NCBI GenBank assembly: GCA_016872285.1
Contig: VGZZ01000002.1
Coordinates: forward strand, 66,314 to 130,313
DNA from: SAR202 cluster bacterium
GTDB lineage: Bacteria > Chloroflexota > Dehalococcoidia > Lucifugimonadales > GCA-2712585
Direction: 5' to 3'
DNA length: 64,000 nt
Position numbers and translations under genes: made by a program. Shown here piece by piece: positions 1-9,654 of the stretch. Numbering within the stretch: position 1 is the first letter of the stretch; each line of letters begins with the position of its first letter. Below the pieces are notes generated by a model, which made no database searches, was not told the origin of the DNA, and saw only the letters and a program-made list of their open reading frames with translations.

Positions 1-26
1 CCTAGTCTATCCGTATTCCCCCCATC

Positions 27-190
27 TCAGAAACGAATCACGCTTGAGCCACGCCTGGAAATCCGATTCGTTTACCCCAAAAACTTTTTTCTGAGACCTT
101 AAAAGGAAAATCGAATAGCCGACGGGAGGTTGTTTTGGTTGTTTTTGGGCGTTTTAGACACAAAAGCACCCCCTTTTTCGAGAAACAACC
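27..190 (-). repeat. Family-E long repeat, copy 1 (inverted relative to the copy at 40508-40659)
   Basis: The reverse complement of 121-190 (ggttgtttctcgaaaaagggggtgcttttgtgtctaaaacgcccaaaaacaacc...) aligns by eye at roughly 85% with 40508-40575. A second shared block is aaacgaatcg. There is a nested inverted repeat tctcagaaacgaatc ... gattcgttt ... ttctgaga at 25-97. Confidence 0.6.
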
Positions 191-387
191 TCCACCCGCA
201 TTCCCAACTCTCCCTCTCCCTACATCCCCATACCTACTGTTACCCGGGATTCGTTCCTCCCCCACAAAACGAATACGCGTAAACAGCCCGCTCATTGACA
301 CCCGTCTGCCGCCGATGCAAGATAGGGCCGCATCGCTTGCCCATTTGTGATGGTTAAAGCGATGCCATATCCAGCCAGGAGGCCCCA

Positions 388-672
388 ATGGCAGACCTCA
401 CCAAGGATGACATCAAGTCCATGGCTAAGGCCGTAGGCTTGGACATCAAAGAGCCTCACCTTTCGGAAGTCACCTACAATATCAACGCCCTCAAGGAGCT
501 GCTGGACGACCTCAATCCGCCGGGCCTGGAGAACGTCGAGCCCCTGCCCATCATCCACCCCAACCAGTGGCCCCCTGCCGCCGGCGCCGCCCCCGCCAGG
601 AAGCCCGCGGCGAAACGGACTGCCGCTAAGAAGCCCTCCACCAAGAAGGCCGCCAGGCGCGCCCGCCGATGA
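388..672 (+). CDS. AtzG-like / GatC-like small accessory subunit of an amidase, with a Lys/Ala/Arg-rich basic C-terminal tail
   Basis: 94-aa ORF. The N-terminal ~55 aa (LTKDDIKSMAKAVGLDI..LSEVTYNINALKELLDDL..VEPLPI) fit the GatC/AtzG pattern. The stop overlaps the amidase start (ATGA at 669-672). Confidence 0.75.
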   Translation: MADLTKDDIKSMAKAVGLDIKEPHLSEVTYNINALKELLDDLNPPGLENVEPLPIIHPNQWPPAAGAAPARKPAAKRTAAKKPSTKKAARRARR

Positions 673-2093
673 GAAAGGCCGACATCCCCTTTCTTACCGC
701 GGCCCAGCTCGGCAGTCTCATCCGTAAAAAAGAGGTCTCCCCGGTCGAGGCCACGGAGGCCTACCTGGAGCGCATCCGGGCGATTGACCCTAAGGTCCAC
801 GGGTATATCACCGTCACCGACGAGTACGCGCTGAAGGCGGCGCGGCAGGCTGAGAAGGCCATCGCCAAGGGTGCGTACATCGGCCCCCTCCACGGCATCC
901 CCTACGCCGTCAAAGACCAGTTCTGGAGCAAGGGCATCCTGACCACCGGCGGCTCTAACGTCCTGCGCGATTTTGTGCCCGCCGAAGATGCCACGGTAAT
1001 AGCTCGAATGAATAGCGCCGGCGCTGTTCTCCTCGGGAAGCTGAATTTGAGCGAGTTCGCCACGGGCAATAGCGTTGTTCACCCCTGGGGCATTCCCCGG
1101 AATCCCTGGGACCTGGAGCGCACTCCTGGTACCTCCAGCAGCGGATCAGGCGTGGCTGCCGCCGCCTTCCTCTGCTCCACTTCCCTGGGCGAGGACACGG
1201 GCGGCTCCATTCGCGGCCCCGCCAACAACTGCGGACTGGTGGGCCTGCGTCCCACCTACGGCCTGGTCAGCCGCTACGGGATGCTGGGCGCGTCCTGGTC
1301 TAACGACATCGGCGGCCCCGTATCCCGCACCGCCGAGGACGCCGCCATCACCCTCCAGGCCATTGCCGGACACGACCCCAAGGACCCATACACCGCCCGC
1401 TACACTCCGCCCGACTACCGTGCCGGTCTTAAGGGCGGCATCAAGGGGTTGAAAGTCGGCATCTTCAAAGAGGCTATGTACGCCGACTTTGTCCATCCCG
1501 AGACCCGCAAGGTGGTCGGCAAGGCCGTCGACAAGCTGAAGGAGCTGGGCGCGAAAATCAGCGAGGTCTCGGTGCCGCTAATGCCCTACACTTCGGCGAT
1601 AAACCGTATCTTCATCGAGGTCGAAGCGGCCCACCAGCACCGCCAGTGGCTTGAGACCCGCCCGCGCGACTACGACCACAACGTCCGCACCGACTTCTAC
1701 ACGGGCCTGGTCACGCCCGCCAACCTTTACTACAAGGCCCAGCGGCTGCGAGAAATGATTCGCCGCCAGGTCTTTGAGGCGTTGGACAAGGTGGACATCC
1801 TGGCCCTCCCCGGCTCCTCCGATGCGCCGCCGCTGATAAGCACCAAGGTCGGCATCTTCAGCAAAGAGGAGGCCCTATCCAGGATGACGGGCCGCCGCGC
1901 CCTCAACGGCGCTTTCAATCTGGCCAGCGTGCCTGCCATGACCTTCCACTGCGGCTTCCTCAGCTATACAGGCAAAGACCTGCCCATTGGGCTGCAAATC
2001 GCGGGCCGCCCCTTTTCCGATGGCCTGCTCCTTCGCGTCGCCCATACCTACGGGCAGGCCACGGACTGGCGCAAACGCCGCCCGCCTATCTAA
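669..2093 (+). CDS. Amidase-signature family amidase (GatA/AtzE-like)
   Basis: 474 aa. It carries AS-family motifs PYAVKDQ (catalytic Lys), GTSSSGSGVAAAA and GEDTGGSIRGPA. It is translationally coupled to the small subunit upstream. Confidence 0.93.
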   Translation: MRKADIPFLTAAQLGSLIRKKEVSPVEATEAYLERIRAIDPKVHGYITVTDEYALKAARQAEKAIAKGAYIGPLHGIPYAVKDQFWSKGILTTGGSNVLRDFVPAEDATVIARMNSAGAVLLGKLNLSEFATGNSVVHPWGIPRNPWDLERTPGTSSSGSGVAAAAFLCSTSLGEDTGGSIRGPANNCGLVGLRPTYGLVSRYGMLGASWSNDIGGPVSRTAEDAAITLQAIAGHDPKDPYTARYTPPDYRAGLKGGIKGLKVGIFKEAMYADFVHPETRKVVGKAVDKLKELGAKISEVSVPLMPYTSAINRIFIEVEAAHQHRQWLETRPRDYDHNVRTDFYTGLVTPANLYYKAQRLREMIRRQVFEALDKVDILALPGSSDAPPLISTKVGIFSKEEALSRMTGRRALNGAFNLASVPAMTFHCGFLSYTGKDLPIGLQIAGRPFSDGLLLRVAHTYGQATDWRKRRPPI

Positions 2094-2423
2094 CTATAAC
2101 TGGACAGGCTCGAAAGCGTTGAGGGCGGGGAACAGCACCGCCAGCCCGCCCATGTAGTACGCTACTTCGCAGGTTTCGGCAATCTCCTGCTCGGTGGCGC
2201 CCAGCTTGCGGGCGCGGTCCGCCAGCACCTTGACGCCATGGGGTCGGGCCAGGAAGGCGTCGCCCAGCATCATCATCAGGGTCTTGGTCTTGAGGTCCAA
2301 GCCGCCGTCCTTGCGGACGTGGTTCTGAACGCTCAGCACCAGCTTCAACAGATTAGGGTCGTGTCGATAGACCACCTGCTGCCAGGGCGGCAAATCCTGG
2401 ACCGGGGGAAGCTTCTCTTGCAT
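2094..2423 (-). CDS. Carboxymuconolactone decarboxylase (AhpD-like) family protein
   Basis: ORF 2094-2456. The ATG at 2423 is preceded by AAGGAGG. The sequence is CMD-like (LDLKTKTLMMMLGDAFLARPHGVKVLADRARKLGATEQEIAE). Confidence 0.8.
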   Translation of the reverse strand: MQEKLPPVQDLPPWQQVVYRHDPNLLKLVLSVQNHVRKDGGLDLKTKTLMMMLGDAFLARPHGVKVLADRARKLGATEQEIAETCEVAYYMGGLAVLFPALNAFEPVQL

Positions 2424-2531
2424 GGCGTCCTCCTTGAGGTTTGGCTTGCGTTCCAAGTCTAAGCCTCGCTAGTGTATTCTACAAAAGCCGATGGGCAAAG
2501 GCCGTCGGGCTAAATACTGAGGGGGTGAGCT

Positions 2532-3422
2532 ATGAAATTCGGCATCTGCCTGCCTACCAACAAGGGTATCACCGACTTCCGCGCCCTCATCAGCATCGCG
2601 CCCAAAGCCGAGGAGCTGGGCTTCGACTCGGTATGGGTCAGCGACCACCTGTTCAACATTGGATACATCGCCAAAGGCCTCGGCAACCGCCCCTACTACG
2701 ATCCCATGACTGTCCTGACCTACGCCGCGGCCATCACCTCCAAGGTCAAGCTGGGCACGTCGGTGCTGGTGCTGCCTTACCACCACCCCGCCAGGCTCGC
2801 CAAAGTGGCCGCGACGCTGGACCAGGCCTCGGCGGGACGTGTGGTGCTGGGCCTGGGCGTGGGCCGGATAAAGGAGGAGTACGACGCTATCGGCGCAACC
2901 TTTGAACGTCGTGGCGCTCAGGCCAACGAGATGCTGCGGGCCATGAAGGCGCTCTGGACCCAGGAGAAGCCGGAATTCCACGGCAAGTTTTACAACTTCT
3001 CGGACGCCTATTTCTCGCCCAAGCCTCTTCAGAAACCACACCCCCCGCTTTGGATTGGCGGCATGAGCGAGTCGGCCATGAAGCGCGCCGCGCGCTACGG
3101 CGATGCCTGGCACCCCAACAGCCTGACGCCAGACCAGGTGCGGCAGGGCCTGGAATTCGTACGGCGAGAGGCGTCCAAGCTGGGCAGGGATGGCAAGATG
3201 CCGGCGACTATGCTCATTACCTGGGACCCTGCCAACAAGACCGGACCCACGGCGGAGAGCGCTAGCCTCAGCGGCTCGCCGGTGGACGTTATCAAGCGGG
3301 TGAAGGAGTACCAGGCCGCCGGTGTCACTGAGTTCGCCATCGGCATACCCGTTGACGACCCTCTAGTTATGCAGCGGCATATGGTCCGCTTCGCCAACGA
3401 GGTCCTGCCGTCTTTTAAGTAA
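2532..3422 (+). CDS. LLM-class (luciferase-like) flavin/F420-dependent oxidoreductase
   Basis: 296 aa. N-terminus is MKFGICLP. GFDSVWVSDHL and YGDAWHP blocks are typical of the luciferase-like monooxygenase family. An SD (GAGGGGG) lies upstream. Confidence 0.9.
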   Translation: MKFGICLPTNKGITDFRALISIAPKAEELGFDSVWVSDHLFNIGYIAKGLGNRPYYDPMTVLTYAAAITSKVKLGTSVLVLPYHHPARLAKVAATLDQASAGRVVLGLGVGRIKEEYDAIGATFERRGAQANEMLRAMKALWTQEKPEFHGKFYNFSDAYFSPKPLQKPHPPLWIGGMSESAMKRAARYGDAWHPNSLTPDQVRQGLEFVRREASKLGRDGKMPATMLITWDPANKTGPTAESASLSGSPVDVIKRVKEYQAAGVTEFAIGIPVDDPLVMQRHMVRFANEVLPSFK

Positions 3423-3490
3423 TCAGCCCATATTGCGTTTTCAAGACCAAACGGCTCGAATAAACATGAATATCCAGAAGGTGATTGGAC

Positions 3491-4021
3491 ATGAATTACC
3501 AGACTTTAGAAAACCAATTACTGAAACTTAGTTTATTGTGTGGCCTAACTCCCAACAGCAAGTCAACCCACAGAAAACAGTTTTTTCTCTTGGCTTATAC
3601 GATTCTACATTCCAGAAATCACCAGGAAGACTACCAAAGAACCCTTGAGTCTGGAGTTAAGAAAGGAATCTGGGGTAACGATTTAAGATTGACGGGTCAA
3701 TATTTTATTACAGCTAACGGCTATTTGCTGGCGCAAAAATCGTTTCCAGACGCAGTCTCCCAGTTTTCCCCGGTCAAGCTTGATCAGTGCAACTTTTACC
3801 AGAAAGGTAAAATACGAGGACTTTCAATATTTATTGCAGGGCGAGGAAGGCAAAATGACGTATTCATCAACGGAGAAAGAATGCGGAATGCCAAAACTGC
3901 ATGCGAACTGATTATGGCTGAAACTGGCACTCCAATCCCTATAAAAGGAGCATCTGCTTTTACAAAGCTTTACAACTTGGCTTTAGATTACAGCTTCCGG
4001 ATGAATTGTTGGTTTACTTAG
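3491..4021 (+). CDS. Hypothetical protein in a low-GC cassette
   Basis: Only long ORF in the ~40% GC segment 3448-4022. The ATG at 3491 is preceded by GAAGGTGA. I recognise no family. Confidence 0.55.
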   Translation: MNYQTLENQLLKLSLLCGLTPNSKSTHRKQFFLLAYTILHSRNHQEDYQRTLESGVKKGIWGNDLRLTGQYFITANGYLLAQKSFPDAVSQFSPVKLDQCNFYQKGKIRGLSIFIAGRGRQNDVFINGERMRNAKTACELIMAETGTPIPIKGASAFTKLYNLALDYSFRMNCWFT

Positions 4022-4053
4022 CTTTCAAGACATATTTAGATTAATGCCCTTGC

Positions 4054-4848
4054 TCAGTAGTAGATGCCCCGGCCCGCGCCGCCATCGACAGCGATGGACT
4101 GGCCGGTGATAGCCCCGGCCTTGTTAGATGCCAGGAACACCGCCAAGCTGGCAATATCCTCCGGCTCCACCATCCTCCCGATGGGGATAGACTGTAGGGA
4201 CTGCCGCCGCACTTCTTCCACGGTTATGTTCAGCAGCCTGGCCCTGTCCTGAGCGAGTTGGACGTTCCTGGGTGTGCGCGTGGTGCCAGGATGTATACAG
4301 TTCACCAGGATGCCATCCTTAGCCACTTCCTCGGCCAGATTCTTGGCGGTGGCCGCCACGCCGGCGTTGGTGACGGCGTTGCTGGCGTTGGTGGCGCTGA
4401 CGCCCCGCGCCGCCATCCCTCCGATGACAACAATCCGCCCGCCGCCTCGCTTCTTCATGTGGGGCGTCACCTCGCGGGCCAGGCGCACAAAGGCCATAAG
4501 CTTCACGCTGATATGGTTCATCCAGTCCGAGTCTTTAAGCGTCAGGACGCCTCCGGGCACCGAGTTCACGGCGTTGCTGACCAGGATGTCTATGCCGCCC
4601 AGGTCTCTTACAGCATCAGCTACCAGCGCCTGGATGTCGGAAGGGTTGGTGACGTCGGCGCGGATGGGGACGGTGTTGACGCCGGTGGCGTCGGCGATTT
4701 CACGGGCCGCCTGGCGCAAGGGGCCTTCGCCTCGGGCGCAAATCGCTACGTTAACGCCCTCCCTCGCCAGCGCCAGCGCCGTGGCCTTGCCGATGCCCTG
4801 GCTGCCGCCGGTAACTATGGCCGTTTTCCCCTTGAGTCCCAGGTCCAT
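4054..4848 (-). CDS. SDR family oxidoreductase (3-oxoacyl-ACP reductase-like)
   Basis: 264 aa. It has the TGGSQGIGKA Rossmann motif, NAVNS, and classical short-chain dehydrogenase length. Confidence 0.92.
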   Translation of the reverse strand: MDLGLKGKTAIVTGGSQGIGKATALALAREGVNVAICARGEGPLRQAAREIADATGVNTVPIRADVTNPSDIQALVADAVRDLGGIDILVSNAVNSVPGGVLTLKDSDWMNHISVKLMAFVRLAREVTPHMKKRGGGRIVVIGGMAARGVSATNASNAVTNAGVAATAKNLAEEVAKDGILVNCIHPGTTRTPRNVQLAQDRARLLNITVEEVRRQSLQSIPIGRMVEPEDIASLAVFLASNKAGAITGQSIAVDGGAGRGIYY

Positions 4849-5096
4849 AACCGCCTCCCTTTGAGCGTGAACTCGTCAAGCTTTAGACACCGCCGACAGA
4901 GCTGCTAGCTTAAGATATCGCCGCTTCTTAGTACTAGTCCTCTACTATTTTTTCGAGCATCCATTTGGATGAATTGAGAATTACCCTAGGGACATACAAT
5001 ATTACTAGCTGTGTCATCTCATGGACTGGGATAGGGGCGAGCGCCGGCAGTTCGACCAGAGATAGGGGCCGCTAGATACCAGGGAGGTACAAAATC

Positions 5097-5669
5097 ATGC
5101 GAGAACGGAATGACATTATACGCCAGTATTGCAGCGATCTGCTGTCCTTGGACCGCCAGATCCTAGACATGCTAAAGAACCATTCGTCTCAGCAAGAGGT
5201 GCTGCAGTACCCTGAGGCGCACCAGTTGGTAGGCAAGGCCCAGCAGGCGGTAGGAAGGGTCTTTATGGAGCTTGAGCAGAACCTGACGGCCCAGGGCGGG
5301 GACACCATGTCGCCGCTGAAGGTGGCCATGAACAGGGTGACGGGCATGATGGTGGGTATGGCCGGCAAAGCGGAAGGCTCGGAAAAATGTTCAAAGGTGC
5401 TGCGAAACACCTACGCATCCCTGGACGCCGCTTCTTTAGGCGCCATGATGCTGCACACTACCGCGCTGGCTTTTAATCTGCCATCCACTGCAGAAGTGGC
5501 CTCAAAGCACTTCAGAGAGCTGGCGCCCATAGCCAACGAGGCGCGGGACATGATACCTGGCATAGTGGTCAAGGAGTTTGTGGACCAGGGGTATCAGGTG
5601 GATACCGGGGCCGCCGAGGAGGTTAAAAAGGAGATGCAGCAGGTCTGGGTTTCCGGCGGAACGTCCTAG
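5097..5669 (+). CDS. Hypothetical helical protein (possibly ferritin-like/DUF892-like)
   Basis: 190-aa ORF with moderate GC and an SD-like GGGAGG upstream. The family assignment is a guess. Confidence 0.55.
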   Translation: MRERNDIIRQYCSDLLSLDRQILDMLKNHSSQQEVLQYPEAHQLVGKAQQAVGRVFMELEQNLTAQGGDTMSPLKVAMNRVTGMMVGMAGKAEGSEKCSKVLRNTYASLDAASLGAMMLHTTALAFNLPSTAEVASKHFRELAPIANEARDMIPGIVVKEFVDQGYQVDTGAAEEVKKEMQQVWVSGGTS

Positions 5670-5704
5670 CTATGCTATAGAAGCCTCTCAACAATGGTCT
5701 TATC

Positions 5705-5733
5705 CCAGCGCCCCATTTCCATCAGGGCGCTGG
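5705..5733 (+). terminator. Terminator-like hairpin after the 5097-5669 gene
   Basis: CCAGCGCCC (5705-5713) pairs with GGGCGCTGG (5725-5733) around an 11-nt loop. The downstream U-tract is weak. Confidence 0.35.
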
Positions 5734-5848
5734 AACTATTTGCGACGGCTTTCAAGGACTACTAGACGGACGGGACGCTCTGCACTAGAGTAATGGCTAG
5801 CTGATGCCGGCCAGGCATCACGGACAGTCTGTCCTATAGGAGTAGCCC

Positions 5849-7069
5849 ATGGCTAAGCGACGGCATGCCCTGGAAGGCGTTCGAGTTCTGGACCTGGGGA
5901 GGTATCAGGCGGGGCCGCGGGCGGCGCTGGTGATGGCCCGCATGGGCGCCGAGGTTATAAAGGTGGAGGCGCCCGGCGGCGATGAGAGCCGCTCCAACGG
6001 CCCCTACGTGCGGGGCCAGAGCGCCTACTGGGTGCAGTACAACAGCGGAAAGAAGAGCCTTGGCCTGAACATGCGCACCGACAAGGGCAAGGAGATTATT
6101 AAAGATCTGGTAAAAGTCTCCGATATCTTTATCCAGAACTTCCGCCCTGGGACTATCGACAAGATGGGTTTTTCATATGACACGCTGCGGTCGCTGAACA
6201 AGGGCATCATTATGGTCAACGTATCCGCCTATGGGCAGTACGGGCCCTATCGAGACCAGGTGGGCTTCGACCCCATCGGCCAGGCTATCAGCGGCATGAT
6301 GATGCTTAACGGCTTCGAGGGTATGCCGCCCATTCGTGGCTACAACCCTGTTATCGACCGCATAACGTCGCTGCACGCTACCATCGGGGCGTTGTCGGCG
6401 CTGTACGAGCGGCAGTTCACCGGCGAGGGCCAGTGCGTGGACGTGTGCCTGGCGGACAGCGGTTACACCATGACCGAGATTCAGATGAGCGCGTACCTGG
6501 GCGGGGGCATTGTGACCAAGCGAGAGGGCAACGGACGTGGCACCAGCAACGTATATCAGACCAAGGACGGATGGGTGCTGATTGCCGCGGCCAGCGACAA
6601 CATATGGCCTCGCTTCTGCCAAGTCATCGGCGCGCCGGAATGGGCCACCGATGCCAGATTCGTCGGCAAGCGGGAGCGAGAGAAGAACCTGGACGTAATG
6701 GAAGAACGGCTGAAAAGGTGGTTCCTGGGCCACACCACAGCGGACACGGTGGCGAAGCTCGGCCCCCTAGGCATCCCCGTCAACGCCGTCAACGACGTGC
6801 CTGCCGCCGCTAAAGACCCTCACCTTCTGGGCCGCGATCTGCTGGTAGAAGTGCCGGACCCCGTTGCCGGCAAGATGTACGTCTCGGGCAAGAACATCAA
6901 GCTGAGCCGCAGCGAGACGGTGGTCGGCACCACGCCCGTCCCAGGCCAGCACACCCGCGAAATCCTGACTCGTGTGTTGAAATACAGCGACGCCGACGTG
7001 GAGCGGCTGGAGTCGGAAGGCGTGGTCTACACGCCGACGGCCAAGGAACGGGCGACAGCGTCGGACTAG
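5849..7069 (+). CDS. CoA transferase, family III (CaiB/BaiF)
   Basis: 406 aa. The motif GVRVLDLGRYQAGPRAALVMARMGAEVIKVE is the family III N-terminal signature. An SD (TAGGAG) lies upstream. Confidence 0.92.
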   Translation: MAKRRHALEGVRVLDLGRYQAGPRAALVMARMGAEVIKVEAPGGDESRSNGPYVRGQSAYWVQYNSGKKSLGLNMRTDKGKEIIKDLVKVSDIFIQNFRPGTIDKMGFSYDTLRSLNKGIIMVNVSAYGQYGPYRDQVGFDPIGQAISGMMMLNGFEGMPPIRGYNPVIDRITSLHATIGALSALYERQFTGEGQCVDVCLADSGYTMTEIQMSAYLGGGIVTKREGNGRGTSNVYQTKDGWVLIAAASDNIWPRFCQVIGAPEWATDARFVGKREREKNLDVMEERLKRWFLGHTTADTVAKLGPLGIPVNAVNDVPAAAKDPHLLGRDLLVEVPDPVAGKMYVSGKNIKLSRSETVVGTTPVPGQHTREILTRVLKYSDADVERLESEGVVYTPTAKERATASD

Positions 7070-7095
7070 AGGATATATCGTCGACGGAGGAGACT

Positions 7096-7371
7096 TTGAA
7101 GATTTACTGGCAGGAGAGAAGGTCAGGCCAGGAGCTAGTGCTGGAGCGAGATGGCGGGGAGAAGGTTACCCTGGGCGGCGTAAGAAAAACGCCCCGGGGC
7201 TTCGACGCCTTCGCCACCACCACCGGCTACGATCCCGGCAGGGCGGTTAAGGGTGCGCCATCCATGGAGGAGGCCAAGGCCTTTGTGGAGTCCTTTGAGC
7301 CGTGGAACCTGTTTATGGAAGTGGTAGATGAAGTGACGGTAGAGCCGGGGGTGAGGCCTATGGTGGGGTAG
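7096..7371 (+). CDS. Hypothetical small protein
   Basis: 91-aa ORF with a non-ATG start directly after the CoA transferase gene. No recognisable family. Confidence 0.35.
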   Translation: MKIYWQERRSGQELVLERDGGEKVTLGGVRKTPRGFDAFATTTGYDPGRAVKGAPSMEEAKAFVESFEPWNLFMEVVDEVTVEPGVRPMVG

Positions 7372-7378
7372 GCGAATT

Positions 7379-7597
7379 CTATCCAAGCAAGGACAGGATA
7401 AGGGACAGGACTACAACCCAAGCCACAATTAGTCCCGCTATAAACATGGCATCTTTAAGAGTCATTCGGCGGAGGGCGCTGGGCTTGCGCTCCCAGGGTC
7501 TACCTTCTTTGGCTTGAGCCTCTTCTCGGTGGCGCATTTCCTTGGAAGCGGTGTACTCGCGGGACGGGTCTGATTCGGGGCCTATGGGCGTAATCAT
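7379..7597 (-). CDS. Hypothetical small C-terminally membrane-anchored protein
   Basis: 72-aa ORF ending in a hydrophobic helix (FIAGLIVAWVVVLSLILSLLG). Confidence 0.35.
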   Translation of the reverse strand: MITPIGPESDPSREYTASKEMRHREEAQAKEGRPWERKPSALRRMTLKDAMFIAGLIVAWVVVLSLILSLLG

Positions 7598-7808
7598 GAT
7601 ACCTTCGCTTTCCCGACGCCATGCTCGCGCTGAGTGGTTAGCCTTAGGTTATCACACATATCTTGTCACCAGGTTCACAGCGCTTACTTGGAGTGACTGC
7701 AAACAAGCCCTAACCAATCGTCTAGGCGACGGCCCCGCCTAACGGCTCATGCGCCCGCTGACTGGTAGATCTAGGCTATAGCTACAGTCCTTATCTAAGG
7801 AGCGCATC

Positions 7809-8705
7809 ATGGCGGAACTACTATCTAACTTTTCCAACGCGCTGGCTGAGACAGTATCGAAGGCGGCGCCGAGCGTGGTCCGAGTCGAAGGGCGGCGGGG
7901 CATACCAGCCAGCGGCATCGTGTGGTGGGCCGATGGCGTCATCGTGACGGCGCATCACGTGTTGGAGCGCGACGACAACCTGGAGGTGGGCCTTGCGGAC
8001 GGGCAGTCGCTGCAAGCGGCGCTGGTGGGCCGGGACCCGACCACCGACCTGGCGGTCCTCAGGGTGAAGGCCATTGGCCTTCCCGCAGTGAGCCGTGGCA
8101 GCATCGAAAACTTGCGGGTGGGGCACCTGGCGCTGGCGCTGGGGCGGCCCGGGGAGTCGGTGCGGGCGACGATGGGGGTGGTCAGCGCCCTGGGCAAGGG
8201 CTGGCGCACGCCTACCGGCGGCGAGGTGGACCGATACCTTCAGACCGATCTAGTTATGTATCCGGGATTCTCGGGCGGACCGCTGGTGGACGCCGAGGGC
8301 AAGGTACAGGGAGTTAACACGTCGGCCATACTGCGAGGCGTGTCCCTGGCAGTACCCATCGGGACTATAAATCGAGTGGTGGAGGCGCTGCAGGCCCACG
8401 GGCGAATCCGTCGGGGCAAGCTGGGCATTGGCGCGCAGCCGGCGCGGTTGTCGGAGGGCGTCGCGGGGCAGGCAGGACAGGAGACGGGGTTGCTGGTGGT
8501 GGCCGTCGAGAAGGGCAGCGCGGCCGATGCGGCGGGGCTTCTGATGGGCGACACCATCGTATCCCTGGACGGGCAGTCGGTGCGGCACCTGGACGACCTG
8601 CTGGCGCTGCTGAGCGCCGAGCGCATCGGCAAGCGGGTGAGTGTGCGGATAATTCGCGGCGGCCAGCCTAAGGAGATTACGGTGGCCGTGGCGGAAAGGA
8701 CTTAG
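7809..8705 (+). CDS. HtrA/DegP-like trypsin-family serine protease with C-terminal PDZ domain
   Basis: 298 aa. The triad contexts TAHHVL, DLAVLRV and GFSGGPLV are present. The C-terminus is PDZ-like (GLLMGDTIVSLDGQSV). An SD (AAGGAG) lies upstream. Confidence 0.92.
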   Translation: MAELLSNFSNALAETVSKAAPSVVRVEGRRGIPASGIVWWADGVIVTAHHVLERDDNLEVGLADGQSLQAALVGRDPTTDLAVLRVKAIGLPAVSRGSIENLRVGHLALALGRPGESVRATMGVVSALGKGWRTPTGGEVDRYLQTDLVMYPGFSGGPLVDAEGKVQGVNTSAILRGVSLAVPIGTINRVVEALQAHGRIRRGKLGIGAQPARLSEGVAGQAGQETGLLVVAVEKGSAADAAGLLMGDTIVSLDGQSVRHLDDLLALLSAERIGKRVSVRIIRGGQPKEITVAVAERT

Positions 8706-8710
8706 TATCG

Positions 8711-9319
8711 ATGGCTAATCTTTTGCAATTGCTAAACGACGAGATGGCGCAGGTGGCGGAGAAGGCGAGCCGCAGCCTGGTGCAAGTCCACGCTCTTGGT
8801 CAGGGCAACGGGTCGGGAGTTAGCGCCCATGCTTATGGTCTGGTGCTGACCAACGCCCACGTGGTGCGCGGCCCTAAGCTGATGGCGGTAACTATGGACG
8901 GCCGAAAGCTGCCCGCGCGATTAATGGCCTACGACACGGATATCGACCTGGCGGCGCTGGTTGTGGAGGCTGACGGCCTCGTGCCCATGGAGTTTGGTGA
9001 GTCGACGAAGCTGCAGCCGGGGCAGCTGGTGATGGCTCTGGGGTATCCCTGGGGAGGCCCGGGCGCGGTGACCACAGGTGCTGTCATCGGGTCCGGGCGT
9101 GAGTGGGTTAACCTGCCGAGAAGTCACCGCGACTGGGTGGGGGTGAGCCTGCCCCAGCGGCCGGGAAATTCGGGCGGGCCGCTGATTGATGTCGAGGGCC
9201 GGCTGGTAGGGCTGAACACGATGATTACAGGCCCAGACGTAGCCATGGCTGTGCCTATCCACGTGGTGAAGGCGTTCCTGAAGAAGAACGTGGCGATTAA
9301 GGAGCCGGTGATGGTGTAG
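8711..9319 (+). CDS. Trypsin-like serine protease (S1C family, no PDZ domain)
   Basis: 202 aa. The triad contexts TNAHVV, DLAALVV and GNSGGPLI are present. It sits in tandem with the HtrA-like gene. Confidence 0.9.
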   Translation: MANLLQLLNDEMAQVAEKASRSLVQVHALGQGNGSGVSAHAYGLVLTNAHVVRGPKLMAVTMDGRKLPARLMAYDTDIDLAALVVEADGLVPMEFGESTKLQPGQLVMALGYPWGGPGAVTTGAVIGSGREWVNLPRSHRDWVGVSLPQRPGNSGGPLIDVEGRLVGLNTMITGPDVAMAVPIHVVKAFLKKNVAIKEPVMV

Positions 9320-9416
9320 GGGACGGTGGGGATCACCGATTCCAAATTTCCATCCCCCAGCTTTGCAAGAATAGCCAGCGCCGTTCCTCATCGGTTCGAC
9401 CTTATCGCCCTTTGTA

Positions 9417-9600
<184 letters not shown>

Positions 9601-9654
9601 GACAGCCCCAGAACCCGAAGGAATCGGATAGGCAGGGATTCTAGGACTAAATTG

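Noticed and set aside
474-1082. Many long ORFs antisense to or overlapping confident genes. Examples: 474-1082(-), 2469-3113(-), 11299-12342(-), 22076-22840(+), 34713-35660(-), 43302-44399(+), 44496-45524(-), 50779-51756(+), 53417-54472(+).
   Set aside because: They are typical high-GC shadow ORFs. Their translations are Arg/Pro/Gly/Ala-rich and low-complexity, they carry no family motifs, and each fully overlaps a gene with clear motifs and an SD.
7809-9319. The tandem HtrA-like proteases as a novel system.
   Set aside because: Paired S1C proteases with and without a PDZ domain are common housekeeping or quality-control arrangements. Nothing unusual is seen beyond the tandem placement.
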